Part shown: piece by piece, positions 12,866 through 26,870 of the stretch | How positions within the stretch are numbered: position 1 is the first letter of the stretch | Layout: each line of letters starts with the position of its first letter | Assembly (NCBI RefSeq): GCF_009834535.1 | Contig: NC_045696.1 | Coordinates: 56,918,001-56,982,000, forward strand | Length of the DNA: 64,000 nucleotides | Reading direction: 5' to 3' | Source: Camelus ferus | Taxonomy: Eukaryota | Translations under genes and position numbers: made by a program | The notes under the pieces: model-generated | Told to the model about the DNA's origin: nothing | Database searches by the model: none | What the model saw: the letters and a program-made list of their open reading frames with translations, nothing else

Positions 12866-13146
12866 TATATTGGTCTTTTTATGCGATATATTTCTTATTT
12901 TGATGAATCCTGATTCTCCATCATAGAGTTTTCATTATTAGTTTTTGCTACTATGAATAAGCATATTTATCCTGAATCCAGAAACTTCAGTGAAATTGAT
13001 TAGTAGATTCTAAATTTTATTTATTTTTGAAAAATTAACGAATGTATGTATTTAAGATGTGCAGCATGTTGTTTTGATATATGTGTACATTGTGAAGTGA
13101 TTACTACAGTCAAACTAATTAATTACTTCCCATAGTTAGCATTTTA

Positions 13147-13170
13147 TGTGTGTGTGTGTGTGTGTGTGTG
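13147..13170. repeat. (TG)n microsatellite
   Basis: About 12 TG units. Confidence 0.92.
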
Positions 13171-15234
13171 GTGAGAACACTTGAGATTTACTCCCTTAGC
13201 AAATTTTAAAGATACCCTGTATTATCATTAATTATAGTCACCATGCTGTACCTTAGTCTCCAGAATTTATTCATCTTATAACTGAAAGTTTATACCCTTT
13301 AATCAGTATCTCTCCTTTTTCTCCATTTCTCCCCCTGCTTCTTCCATCTCTGGTAACCACCATTCTACTCTCTGTTTCTGTGGATTCGTCTCATGTAATA
13401 TTTGTCTTCTGTGTTTGGCTTATTTCACTTAGCATAATGTCTTACAGGTTCATCCATATTATCACATATGGCAGAATTTCTTTTTTTTTTTAAAGGTCAA
13501 ATAATACTCCATTGTGTGTGTTTGCACATGTGTGTACACAGTATTTTCTTTATCCATTTATCCATCAACAGATACTTAAGTTGTTTCCAGATCTAGGGCT
13601 GCTATGAATAATGTTGCAGTGAACATGGGAGTTCACGTAACTCTTTGAGATAATGTTTTTATTTTCTTTGGATATATACCCAGAAGTGGGATTGCTGAAT
13701 CATATGGTAGTTCTAGTTTTAATTTCTTTAGGAAGCTTCATACTGTTCCCCATAGTGGTTGCAACCAGTTTACAATCCCACCATTTGTATATCTTCTTTG
13801 GGAAAAAATGTCTGTTGAGCTCCCCATTTTTTAGCTGGGTTATTTGTTTGGGTTTTGTTTGTTTGTTTGTTATTAAGTTATATGAGTTTGTATATATTTG
13901 GATATTAACCCATTATCAGATAGATGGTTTGCAAATATTTTCTCCCATTTCATTGATTGCCTTTTCATTTTGTTGATGGTTTTCTTTGCAGTGCAGAGAC
14001 TTTTTAGTTTGATGAAGTCTCGCTTGTTTACTTTTGCTTTTGTTGCCTGTGCTTTTGGTGTCAGTTCCAAAAAACTGTTGACAACACTAATGTCAAGGAG
14101 CTTTTCCTGTATGTTTTCTGGTTTCAGGTCTTATATTCAAGTCTTTAATCCATTTTGAGTTGACTTTTGTGTATGGTATAAGATAAGGGTCTGATTTTAT
14201 TCTTTTGCATGTGATTATCCAGTTTTCCCAGTGCCATTTATTGAAGAGACTATTCTTTCCTTCTTGAATATTCTTGGCACCTATGTCAAAAATTTGTTAT
14301 ATATGTATGGTACTCTATTTTGTTCCATTGGTCTATGCATCTGTTTTTGTGCCTGTACCACACAGTTTTGATTACTACAGTTTTGTAATATAATTTGAAG
14401 TCAGAAAGTGTGTTGCCTCCAGCTTTGTTCTTCCTCCAAATTGCTTTGGTTATTTGGGGTCATTTGTGGCTCCATATGAATTTTAGGATTTTTTTTCTAT
14501 TTTGTGGAAAACACAATTGGAATTTTGATGGGGAATTGACTTGAATCTGTAGGTCATTTTGTGTAGAGTGGACATTTTAACAATGTTAACTATTCCAATC
14601 CATGAAGACAGTCTATCTTTCCATTTATTTGTGTTTTCTTTGATTTCTTTCACCAGTGTTTTAAGAGAATTATAAGCCAATATCCCTGATGAACATAGAT
14701 GCAAAAATTCTAAACAAAATAGAAGCAAACTGAATTCAACAGTATGTTAAAAGGATTATGTACCATGGTCAAGTCAGATTTATCCCTGCTATGCAAAGAT
14801 GGTCAAAATACACAAGGCAATGAACGTGATGCATCACATTAGGAAAATGAAGCATAAATATAGGATCATTTCAATAGATGCAGAAAAAGCATTTGACAAC
14901 ATTCAATATCCTCTCATGATAAACTCTCAACAAATTAGATATAGAAGGAATGTACTTCAGTGTAATAAAAGCCATATATGACAAGCCCACAGCTGATCAT
15001 ACTCAGTGGTGAGAAGCTGAAAGCTTTTCCTCAAAGCTTAGAGCAAGACAAGGATGCCCACTCTCACCACTTCTATACAACATAATACTGAAAGTCCTAG
15101 CCAGAGTAATTAGGAAAGGAAAAGAAATAAAAGGCATTCAAGTTGGAAAGTAGGAAGTAAAATTGTCTATGTTTTCAGATGACATGAGTCTTATATATAG
15201 AAAACACTGACGACCCTAGTAAATATCTTGTTGA

Positions 15235-15888
15235 CTTCCTATACTGTTGTTGGTGGAAATGTAATTTGGTGTAGCCACTATGGAAAACAGTATGGAAGTT
15301 CCTTAAAAAACTAAAAATAGAACTACCATATGATCCAGGAATCCCACTCCTGGGATATATATCTGGATAAAACTAATTTGGAAAGATACATGCATCCCAA
15401 TGTTCATAGCAGCACTATTTACAATAGTCAAAACATGGAAGCAACCTAAATGTCCATCGACAGATAATTGAATAAAGAAGATGTGGGATATATATACACA
15501 GTGGAATAGTACTCAGCCATAATAAATGAAATAATGCCATTTGCAATAGTGTGGGTGGACCTAGAGATTATCAGACTAAGTGAAGTATGTCAGACAGAGA
15601 AAGACAAATATCATATAATATCACTTATATGTTCTAAAAAATCTAAAAATGATACAAATGAACTTATTTACAAAACAGGAACAGACTTAACAAACATAGA
15701 AAACAAATACATAGTTACCAAAGGGGATAAGGGGGAAGGGTATATTAGGGGTCTGGGATTAGCAGATACAAAGTACTATATGTAAAATAGATAAACAACA
15801 AGGTCCTACTGTATAGCACAGGGAACCATATTCAGTATCTTATAATAATCTAAATAAAAAAAATGTGGAAAAAGAATGTTTATGTGTC

Positions 15889-15944
<56 letters not shown>

Positions 15945-16070
15945 GATGAATCACTATACACCAGAAACTATACACCACATTACACACCATACACCAGCTA
16001 TACACCAGAAACTAACACAACATTGTAAATCAACTGTACTTTAATAAAAAATTAACTTAAAAATTTTTTT
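15235..16070 (+). mobile_element. 5'-truncated L1 3' end nested in the inverted segment
   Basis: ORF2 C-terminus/3' UTR with A-rich tail. Degenerate TSD (..tgttga) at ~15220-15234 and ~16071-16084. Confidence 0.8.
15889..15944. repeat. (TA)n(CA)n(TA)n compound microsatellite
   Basis: Read directly; lies inside an L1 3' UTR. Confidence 0.92.
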
Positions 16071-17579
16071 AAAAATTCTGTTGAAACAAATAAATTCAAT
16101 AAAGTTACAGGATAAAAAAATCAGCACGTAAAAATCGGTTGCATTTCTACACACTAATAAAGAACTATCTGAAAAGTACATTAAGAAAACAATCATGTGT
16201 ATGACTCCAAGAAAATAAATAAAATACTTAGGAATGAATTTAATGAAGGAAGTGAAAGATCTGTACACCAATGGTGTTCTTAAGATTTCTTTTTCTATAG
16301 CTTTCTGCTGCTGCTACTCAAGGGATCAGGGATTAAAATCTAAGTATTACCTTTGGGATTAGTGTTTTCCAATGTGAAAAATACCTTCATCCATAGCTTC
16401 TATTTCAGTACATGAGTTTGATATTCAGCTTCCAGTGTTTTCTTTCTTAACTTTTTCCCTACTATTATTGTGACACCCCTCCCCATTTTAGGAGTAAAAA
16501 CACTGCTAGTCATTATGATAGTCCCATTGTGAAAAGGTATTTAGTCAGTGTGTTATTTTGTAAAATGTGTCTCCCAGGTGTTGTCTTTCCAAGGTATTTG
16601 TTTTTTGAGTTTTTGTTGCTGTGGTATTAAATGTGTTGACATTCTGAGAGTTGAATTTTGGGCAACAGATTAAATTAATGGAAATTATAAAGGTATACGG
16701 AGCCAAAAAATATTTACATTGCTTCTGAAATTCTGTTTTGGTGAGTAAAACTCTTAGAGCTCTTAGTCAGAATAAATAGCTTGCATTTTACCCCCTCAAA
16801 TATTCACTTGCTTATTGGTTTTTACCCAGTGGACTGTGCTGGCTACAATTGAGGCCTATTACCAGCAGCAACTTGAGGTGGAGGCCTCACAAAGCACAGG
16901 ATCACTAACCTATATATTTTTCCTTTAGTAATTTCTGCCAGTCTTTTTCTTTTCCCTTTGAGCATGTACCTTGTTCTATTATTAATCATATATTTCTGAG
17001 TCCTTGCATCCGTATTTACAGTACCCCGAACCACAATACTTTTGCTATTGTTTTTTCTGCCCTATTTGTGCAAAATGAACTGTTTTTACACATTCCAGGA
17101 AAATTAAAAAGCTAATATTTTAGATTTTTACAAGTATCTTGAGGTATAAACCTTAAGAACTGTAAGGGTTTGCATGGATCAGTTTCTTCTTAACATGACA
17201 GCACTTATTCCCCATACCCTATGACTCAGAGATCAGAGATGACCACTGATCCTTCTTTTTTGATACAGTCTTACTCTTTTCTTGATTGAAGCATTAAGCA
17301 CAAGGATCACTAAGGATCACTTGATCTTTTTTACACCACTAGTGAAATTAGGAGCTGAAGTGTTTGGTTATTGTCTTTGTGGTTTCTTTAACTCAGTGTC
17401 TGATACTGGTATTGATTCTGTAGCTCTGATATTTCTTTTAATTCTTTTGAAATGCATTTCTCCCTCTGGCTTTAAATTCATATCATGCAAATCAGAAGGT
17501 TACATTCTTTCACCCCGAGACAAGATTAGAGTACTAAGAAGCTATAGGGCTCTCATTTCCAAAGCTATCAATCAAACTG

Positions 17580-17745
17580 TGCATCCACTAGTGTGGTGAC
17601 TTTGGACAAGTTGATTAACCTTACTTAGCCTCAATTTCTTCCTCTTTAATGACACCACCTATCTCATGGAGCTATAGAAATAAATAGAAAAAAGAGATAA
17701 CTCATGTAGTGTTTTTCACTATACCTTGTATGTAGTAAACAAATG
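17580..17745 (+). mobile_element. MIR SINE
   Basis: gtgactttggacaagttgattaacctt...gcctcaatttcttcctct...acctatctcatggag. Confidence 0.7.
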
Positions 17746-20700
17746 GTAGTGACAGCAGCCTTGAGGGGCAATGACTATGCATATAGTATTCATTGTTTAT
17801 TTCTAATGCAGCGGGAGGAAAAATGACTAGGTCTCCTAACTCCTAGCATGATACTCTTCCACGTCATCCTATTTATAATTTTGCCTCACAAGATTTTTAT
17901 TTTCTTTTTTTATAAAGTGATTTTTATTTTACCCCCAGGCCAAATTATTTTTCTATGACTACTAATTTCCATTTTTATTATTTATCAATGAGAAAAGATC
18001 TTTAAGTTCACAGGAATTTGTTTGATAGCTGTATAGGCACATATAATAGATTCAATAAAAAGATATATAGTATTTCTCTCAAGCATAGCACAGAATTAAG
18101 TTGAAATATTAAATAAGTTGGGAATAGAGACTAGTGTAGCCAGAAAGAAAATAAGGGTTTCAGATAAGTAGGAGGGTTTAAGTGGAAGTACTAGATAGCA
18201 AGACAGATGGAATGTAGTGATGACAGGAAAGATACTGTGAGTGAATAGAGGAATGCCAAATGTGGATTCTTGAAAGAGATCTGGAAGTGTATGATGATGA
18301 GGCTATGCTCATTTGAGGCTGATAGTATTAACTGTGATGGTCAGCTGAATTGAAAGAGAGGAAAGAATGATATAGTCAAGGTGAATGACAGATTGAAGCA
18401 AGGACATTGAAGACATTAGGCTGTTAATAGGCTGAGAGTAGAGAGAAACTTCATAATCCAGATGATAAAGTTACCTAAGAAGGTAAAAATGAGTCCTATG
18501 GATGGAAAAAAAAAAGGAAGTTCTTTGGAAAGAACAATCTGGCCACATTGAAGATTGTTTTGTCCTTTATTGAATGATGAGGATGATAGAATTGGATACC
18601 CTTTGGGTATACCCATAGTTACTTCATGTTATTAGTGTGTTTGTTTCCTATTACTTATGTCAGTACATATTTGTATGTATATCTCTGTACTTTTCAGTGG
18701 TGAGAATTAGGCCTATTCATTTATTATTTGGTATGTTTTTTGAAGGTATGTTTTAGCATAGCTATGTGGTATTATGAGAGAAGGTGATAGTATGAGAGAT
18801 AACAAGATAGTGTTAGAGGAATGTAAATTCATTTATTTTGAAATTGATTCCCTCATATTTTGAAAGAACACCTTTCTATTACATTTAAGTACTATAAACT
18901 TATATTTACATAGTATACTCAGATTTTTTGGGGTAAGATTAACCGATTGCAAACTATAGAATCAGAGTTACTAGATTTGTTAAACTGTTGTAATAAAAGT
19001 CAATAGTTTTTTGAATGCCTATAGGGATCTTAAGTTTGAAACAACAGAAGCTCTAACCCCAAATGTTTTGTATTATAATATGGTAGGAAGAAACACAATT
19101 AGATAGTAAAAAAATAACCTACTTTTATATTAGATTTAGTGATATATTAGTACCTATAACATATCCTTAATTAAATAGCTGTATATATTAAATATATTAT
19201 CCAAATGTGGGTGCTTGTTCTGTTCTAACACCTTAGCAACCTTAGCATTACATAATTACATATCGTTACAATAATTCACAGGGGTGCTCAGGGGGAAGAG
19301 AGTGAGAATGATAACTATTGAACTTTTTAAGTTCAATCTCAAATGTGCTTTTGTTACTATGGAGAGTTGAGACAGTAGCTTCAAATACAGAGATAATTAT
19401 ATATTGGTTTAAGATTATTCTACATAGAGATTTTATTTCAATACTTACAGAATATTTGGTTGCAGTTATTCATTTTTTAAAAATAGAATATTTTCTGAAG
19501 GAACTACTGCTTATGTGCACAAATCATATTGATGAACTTTAAAAAAACTGTTTAATCATAGTACTAAGCTTAGTGAAGAGAACAACTTAAAAGCATGGTC
19601 CCTACTCACAGAAGAGGTTAGAACTTATTTGGGGAGGCCAAAGGGCAATAATCATTCTTCAGTAATTCTAAATAGTGCTAAACTGTGGTGTTGGCTTAGA
19701 ATTTTAGCAAATATTCCATGGAGGACTGAGGCCTTCTTGACTTGGGATTTGAGAGATAAATAGGTAAATATTTTATTTTTGAAACATATTAATAATTAGG
19801 ATCTCATTTGTTTATCACAATGTATAAATAAATTTTCCAATGGATAAATAATGTTTTCCTAAAACAACTATTAGGTTTTTGTACATACTTTGAAAAGAAA
19901 TGTTCTTAGCAGCTTCAAACACAGAACAACAATGAAAAAGTTTTTGAAGTATATAAAGAAATAATTGCTTGTTGAATACTAAATCCTGATGGGATTTTGT
20001 TGTCATAACTACAGTAGAAACTAATTACATCAGCTCTGCGTTTCTGAGTTCTAACAGTTGTGTTGTAACTTGTATAGTATTAAATAAACATTCATATATA
20101 TGAATATAATTCTGTTATTAATCACTAAGTTCTGGTTTAGTGAAAAATATTTTGTCTACTTAACCATTTTATATATTAGAAAATACATTATTTAGTGCTA
20201 CTGAATAAAATATTTGTATTTAGACTTTAAACAAATTTGACAGACTTCAAATTAGCTAAAAATAAAAATGAGGATTTCCCCACAATTTTATTGGTAATTG
20301 CTTATTTCTAGTAGAGGGAAAAGATGCTGATTTTGGTTTATTCACCTTGTAGCTAGATAACTTACCAGATTCTTCTTCTTCTAAAATATTTTAGTAGTCT
20401 ATTTCATTTTTTACTTTCCTATATTTATATATTTATTGTTTCAATTTCTTGTCTTTCTTTTCTTGTCTTACTAAATTAGCTTGAATCTGTAAAACAATTA
20501 TTGTAACCATGGAACAACTCGCACTGATGGGAAAATTCTCTCAGTTTCAATGATGTGTGTTTCCAATAACAGCCAAATCACTTGAACTTTGTTTTTTAGG
20601 GCTATGTGTATATGTCCATAGCTCTTCCCTAAATCTGATGTCATATTGGATCACTGAAAATACTGCTTAATAATTTCCTGCTCCCTTGGATAAAGGAAAA

Positions 20701-22119
20701 GACTGAGTAAGAGAACCAGGATAGGCATATGACACCATGGAGTGGCATACTGGTAACAAAATAACCAGTTCCTATGAAACCCCATCATACTGCAACAGAA
20801 AGCTAAAATTGCTCTATATGCACAAGTATGGCAAAATATCTGCTTATGCATGTGCCATTGGCAATTGGTACCAGTTTTCCAGTAAGACTTTTTTAAATCT
20901 CTTGAAAGAATGATAAAACCATCATGTTCAAAGATCTAAAAGGCAGTTGATATTAAAATTAAGAATAAAGCCCAAATATATCCTCATTTTATAAGATATT
21001 GGGAAGTCAATATAATAGAAATGTAATGTTAATATTTTGAAATTTTATATCCTTTTTTCATTCTAGTTTTATTTTTATCACACTCAATCATGTACATAAT
21101 TTTAAAAGTCAGATAATTTTATAAGACGTATTATAAAAAATTAATAACAATCTGTCCCCTTCCCTCTCCCATTTCCTAGTTTCTAAAAGCAACCACTTTT
21201 CAACCTTCTTGCTATTTATTTTGGCATTTACCAAATGTGTCTGAAAATAACATCTTTATATTGCTACTTATTGACTTTTCCAAAAAAGATTTTTTTTCCA
21301 CCTCATTACGTATAGAAGCACCCTTGCCATATCCCCATCTTCCTAATAAATCACAGCAGTCAGTGTTAACACTTTATTATTACTACTCTCTTATTTTGCC
21401 TCACAAATGTTTTTATTCCCTGAGGTTACATTTTTTTTAAGTTTCATTTGTTTCGTTTTTATGTACTCGTCACTAATTCAACCCCAACGTCTTCCCCAAT
21501 TGACCAGTTATCTTTCAATATGTAACACACATCAGGTATATGATTCACAGAGAGGGAGTAGAGAGAGACAGACAGATGGAAAGAGAGAGAAAGGAAGGGA
21601 CTATTTGTATAAAATTCGAACAATCCCTAATGACTTAAAAGCAAATCAGTTGTTGCTTTGGTCTAAGAACAGAAAGCGGGATGGACTGCTGTGAAGTTCA
21701 CAAGTGATGAAAAGGTTTAATTGTGGTAGTGATTTTCCAGGAAACATCACATAGTACAGTACATATAATTTCAGATTTTTTTAAGCATTATAAAATACAT
21801 ACTTTTGAATATAGGCACAAAATACTAAATAAGGTGCTAGTAAATCAAGTAATGTATACTACCAATGATAAACCATGACCAAATAATGTTTATTCCAGAA
21901 ATTTAAGTATGTACATATACCTTATATTTTATTTGTTACTAACATATTTCACCTTTTTCCTTTCCTTAACTTAAATTTTAAATTTGCCTCAACCTTGAAA
22001 CTGGGGGCACTTCTAACTGCTTCCAAATTAAACATTGACAAGATACAGACACAGAAAAAGCAAATAATACTCTTCATCATATAAATGTCTCTGCAAATGC
22101 TATTTCTGTATATTTTTTT

Positions 22120-22216
22120 TATTGATCTTGACTTCCTAGCCTTCAAAACTGTGAGAAATAAATGTCTTATTTAAGCTTCTTAGTATTTTGTCATAGCAGC
22201 CTGGACAGACTAATAT
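22120..22216 (+). mobile_element. MLT1/MaLR LTR 3' end
   Basis: gacttcctagccttcaaaactgtgagaaataaatg...ttgtcatagcagcc..acagactaata. Confidence 0.75.
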
Positions 22217-22594
22217 AAAGAGTAAAACAAAAGAAAAGAGAAACAAAATATTAGGAAAAGTTTGGTATTTAAGAACCTCATTTTATTTGTTGGTGATTAG
22301 CTTTACTTAACTTCACCCATTGAACATAAACTATAGTATTTCAACAATCCATTCTGACTGCATCTAAAATTGAGAATTTTTGACCTTGACAAGTTGTCTT
22401 CAGACTTGGTTATCCTACATTTTTCTCTGCTTCCTTTTTTTTTTTTTTTTTTTTTTTACTGCATCTATGTCATTCCAGTTGATAACCTTGATTCTTTTGA
22501 AATTAGCCAGGTACCTCAACTGATAGTAACTTCTTATTATATACAGTGATGATATAATACCAGAATATTTGATATTCTTGAGGAGTACAGTATT

Positions 22595-25180
22595 TTTCTT
22601 TCAAATTTAGATATAATTTATTCAGTTAAAGTATACATTTCAGTAGTTTTCAGTATATTCACAAAGTTATGGAACAACTACCATAATAAATTTTAGAAAA
22701 CTTCATTACCCTCAAAAGCAACTGTGTACTCATTAGCAATAGATGCCCATTATCCAGAGCCCCTACCCACCATTCCTAGGCAATCAGTAATATAATTTCT
22801 GCCTCTATAGATTTTCCTGTTTTGTACATTCCATATGAATGGACTCATACAATATATAATGGGTTTCTTTCAGTTAACATAATATTTTCAAGGTACATCT
22901 CTGTTGTAGCATGCATTATACTTCATTCTCTTTTGTTGATGAATAATATTCCATTGTATGGATATACCAGATTTCATCATCTGTTCATAGTTGATGGATA
23001 TTTGAGTTGTTTCTACTTTTTGAATAGTTCAAATAATGCTGCTGTGAATATTCCTATAATACTTTTATGTGGATTTCTTTTTCATTTTTCTTGCTTACAT
23101 ACTCAGGAGTGGAATCCCTGGGTTATAGGGTAGCTCTATTTCACATTTTGAGGAAATGCCAAACTATTATCCAAAGAGACTACATGACTCTTCATTCCCA
23201 CCAAAAATGTATTTGGACTTCAATTTCTCCACTCTTTGTTAACATGTATTAATATCTATCTTTTTTGTAGCCATCCTGGTGAAGTATGCAGTTGTATCTC
23301 ACTGTGGATATGATTTGCAGTTCCCTAATGGCTAATGATGTTGAACATCTCACCATGTGCTTATCAGTCACTTATATATGTATTCTTTGGATAAATGTCT
23401 GTTTATTAAGATCCTTTGCCTATTTTTAAATTGAGTTATTTAACTTTTTATTATTGACTTGTGAAAGTTCTTTCTTTATTCTGGATATAAATTCCTTATC
23501 AGATAAATGATTTGCAAATATTTTCTTCCATTCTGTGGGTTGTCATTTTACTTTCTTGACAGTATCCTCTACAGCACAAGAGTTTTTAATTCTCCCAAGG
23601 TTCAATTTATCTGTTTTTAATTTTGTTGTTTGTGCTTTCTGTGTCATATTTAAGAAACCATTTTCTAATCCTAAATCACTAAAATCTAAGCATATGTTTT
23701 CTTCTAAGGTTTTTATAGTTTTGGCTCTTATATTTAGGTCTATGATCCATTTTGAGTTAATTTTTGTGTATAATTTAAATAAAGGGTCCAGCTTGGTTCT
23801 TTTTTTTTTTTTTTTTTTTTTGAATAGCAGGTACATTAAGTTTATTTATTTATTTCTTAATGGAGGTCCTGGGGATTGAACCCAGCACCTCATTCATGCT
23901 AAGCAGCAACTCTTCCACTAAGCTATATCCTTCCTGTCACCAACTTGATTCTTTTGCATGCATATATCCAGTTCTTGCAGTATCATTTGCTGAAAGACTG
24001 TTCATTCCTCATCGAATTGTTTTAGCACCCTTGTCAATAATCAATTGACTGAAAATGTGAGCAGTTTATTTCTGGAATCTCAGTGCTGTTCCATTGATCT
24101 AAATGTGTATCCTTGTGCTAGTGCCTAATTGCCTTGATTACTGGAGATTTGTGTAAGTTTTGAAAATGGAAAAGTTCTCCAACTTTGTTCTTCTTTTTCA
24201 AGATCATTTTGGTTTTCGGGGTCTCTTAAATACCCATATGAATCTTAGGATCAACTTGTCTATTTGTGCAAAAAAGCTACCTTGGATTTTGTTAGGGACT
24301 GCATTGATTCTGATGATCAATCTGAGGAGTTTTATCACCTTAACAGTATAAAAGTGAAACCTTTCCTTTTAATTTTTAATTTTTTCACAATATTTTGTAG
24401 TTTTATTATATAAATTTTGTACTTTTCTTCATTGTATTACTGAGCATTCCTTTGGTTGCTATTGTAAATAAAATTGTTCTTTTAACTTCATTTTTGGATA
24501 GTGCATTGCTAGTATATAGATGTATAATTGATGATTGTACATTAATTTTGCAATCTTGCTGAACTTCTTCATAGGTTCTAATAATTTTTTAGGCTTATAT
24601 ACACAAGATCATGTCACCTACAAATACTTTTAGTTCCTTTTTTTTTTTTCTTGCCTGGTTGCCCTGTGTAGGACATAGAAGTGTCAAGAGCAGACATACT
24701 TGTCTCATTCTAGATCTTAGAGAGAAAGCATTCGTTTTTTTCAGTAATTAGTATGATGTTTGCTGTAGATTTTTTATACATGCCACTTATCAGATTGAGG
24801 AAGTTCTCTGCAGTTCCATTTGTTGGGTCCTTTTAACATGAATGGGTGCTGGATTTTCTGAAATAAATTTTTGCATCCTCTGAGATGACCATGTGATTTT
24901 TGTCCTATGTTCTATTGATATAGTATATTACATTAAATAGTTTTTTGATGTTAAACCAATCTTGCATTCCTGGGATAAATTCTACCAAGTCATAGTGTAT
25001 ATCCTTTTTATATGTTGCTGGAATTGGTTTGCTAGTATTTTAGTGGGGATTTTAACACCTATTTTAATAAGAACTATGGTCTTTGTTTTCTTTTCTTGTG
25101 ATGTCTTTGTTTCTAGTGTCAGGGTAATACTGGCCATAGAAAGAGTTGAGAAATGTTCCCACCTCTTCTGTTTTTTTAAG
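22595..25180 (-). mobile_element. Old L1 (L1MB-like) 3' half
   Basis: ORF2 remnants ([13 protein letters not shown]...) and L1M-type 3' UTR. Confidence 0.8.
23800..23939 (-). mobile_element. tRNA-derived SINE (Vic-1-like)
   Basis: B box GGTTCAATCC and degenerate A box on the minus strand, long poly(A), degenerate TSD ccagcttggttcttt/ccaacttgattcttt. Confidence 0.8.
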
Positions 25181-25919
25181 AGGAACTCTATTCTGATTAT
25201 TGTTATCTACATTGCTCTCCATGAAGATTATGAGTATCTTCCTCTTGACAATTTTGTGTATAAGTCAAAATAAGTAAGACAGTTCAGAATCAAGAAGGAA
25301 ACACCTTGGTTAAGAATTATAACTAGAAAATGGATTTTCCGGGTAATTATTTTTACCCATTTAGGTGAGCATTTTTGGAGATTACAGAACTGTAGTTGGT
25401 TGGTTAAGGACATTGTGGTATGTTCATACTGTATAATAGGCTTTACAACTTTAAATGGGTTGAAGTACATCTACATATATTTTTTGTGGAAAATTTCTGT
25501 GATACACTGTCAAGTGAGAAAAACAGATAAATATCTGGTTACATATTAGTTAATATGCATGTGTGTATATGTCCATATATGCTTTAAAAGAAAATGAGGT
25601 TATTCAGTGAATGCCTTACTGTGTTTTCTCTTGGGGATGAGTTTTAGATAAACTATATGCTGTATTTCATCTTTCATCTTTGAATATTTATAAATGTGAC
25701 ATTTTATTATAAAATTATTTCCATTGAAAAAATAGTTCTTGGAGCATTAAATATTTGGCTGAAAAAGATGTAGAATCCCTTTCTTCCTGACCTATGTGGA
25801 TATTCTATTTTTTTTTTTTTTGAAAAATTAGAGCAAATTTAATATGGAAATTAGTTCCTATCTAATTTGCATATTCCTTTTTTACATGTTAGTCTTATCT
25901 CCTTTTGATATTTTTCTTC

Positions 25920-26750
25920 AATTTTTTTTCCCATTATGTTGTTATGAACGCTTTCAGACATACAGAGGAGTTGAAAGAATTATACCATGGACACTCATAA
26001 ATGTGTGTATACACACACACACACACACACTCACACACTCACACTTTCCACCTAGACTGACAATTACTATGTTGTTACCTTTATCATATGTCTATCCAAC
26101 CATCTCTCTATATTATTTTTTTGGATGCATTTTGAAATAAGTTGCAGGTGTCAGTACACTTCACCTCTTTAAAGTTCAGTATGCATATTATTAGCTAGAG
26201 TGCAATATTTGTTTATAATACTTTTTTTGAGGTACAGTTTACATACAGAGAAGTCACAAATTTTATTATACCATTTGATTAGTTTTGGCTAATGTATACA
26301 CATGTGTAATTCAAACTTCTATCAAAATATTGACAGTTACCTTCACTCAGTAAATTTCCTTCATACCCCTTCCAGTCAGTTCTCCTCAAGTCAACTGCTA
26401 TTCCGATTTTTTTTTACCATAGGTTAGTTTTGCTTGTTTAGAATTTAATATAAATGTAATCATAATATATGTACTCTTTTGTGTATTGCTTCTTTTAATA
26501 TAATCTTCTTGAGAATCATCCATATTGGTACCTACATAGGAGTGGAATTTCTAGGTCATAGTACAGGCATATGTTTAGTTTTTAAAGAACTACAAGACAT
26601 TTTCCAAAGTGGTTGTGTCATTTTACATTCCTACCAACAACATTTGGTAGTAGTTGTTTTAAAATTAAAAATATAATTATTTTAGTTATTCTGGTGGTTG
26701 GGTATTGGTATCTTGTTGTGATTTTAAGTTTTATTTCTCTGATGACTATT
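25920..26750 (-). mobile_element. Old L1M 3'-end fragments just upstream of the exon
   Basis: Degenerate L1ME/MC-like 3' UTR with an internal (CA)n. Confidence 0.55.
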
Positions 26751-26772
26751 TTTACCATTTGCTCTCTTTCAG

Positions 26773-26870
26773 ACAGTTCGGCATGGTTTTCCTTATCAGC
26801 CTACAGCATTAGCCTTTGATCCAGTTCAGAAAATCTTGGCTATTGGGACAAGAACAGGTGCTATACGAAT
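26773..26870 (+). CDS. STXBP5L: STXBP5L (tomosyn-2) internal coding exon, 98 nt (probably exon 3)
   Basis: Polypyrimidine tract + cag acceptor. Translates [32 protein letters not shown](I), recognised as the tomosyn-2 N-terminal WD40 region (paralog STXBP5 reads ...AVGTQTGALRL). Ends in phase 2 at the U12 donor GTATCCTT. Exon number inferred from the human gene. Confidence 0.96.

Larger units (their letters stand above)
13020..16270 (-). mobile_element. Older L1 with 5' inversion (minus part 13020-14662, inverted plus part 14663-16270)
   Basis: The minus part runs from the 3' UTR to KTLVKEIKE. The plus part runs from [14 protein letters not shown] to KEVKDLYT. Confidence 0.85.

Noticed and set aside
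18150..18520. Purine-rich stretch, possibly an L2 remnant
   Set aside because: Too degenerate to support by eye.
20600..20900. Non-repetitive-looking stretch with a 66-aa minus-strand ORF (similar case at 16843-17034)
   Set aside because: No recognisable protein or convincing splice signals. A conservation track would be needed.
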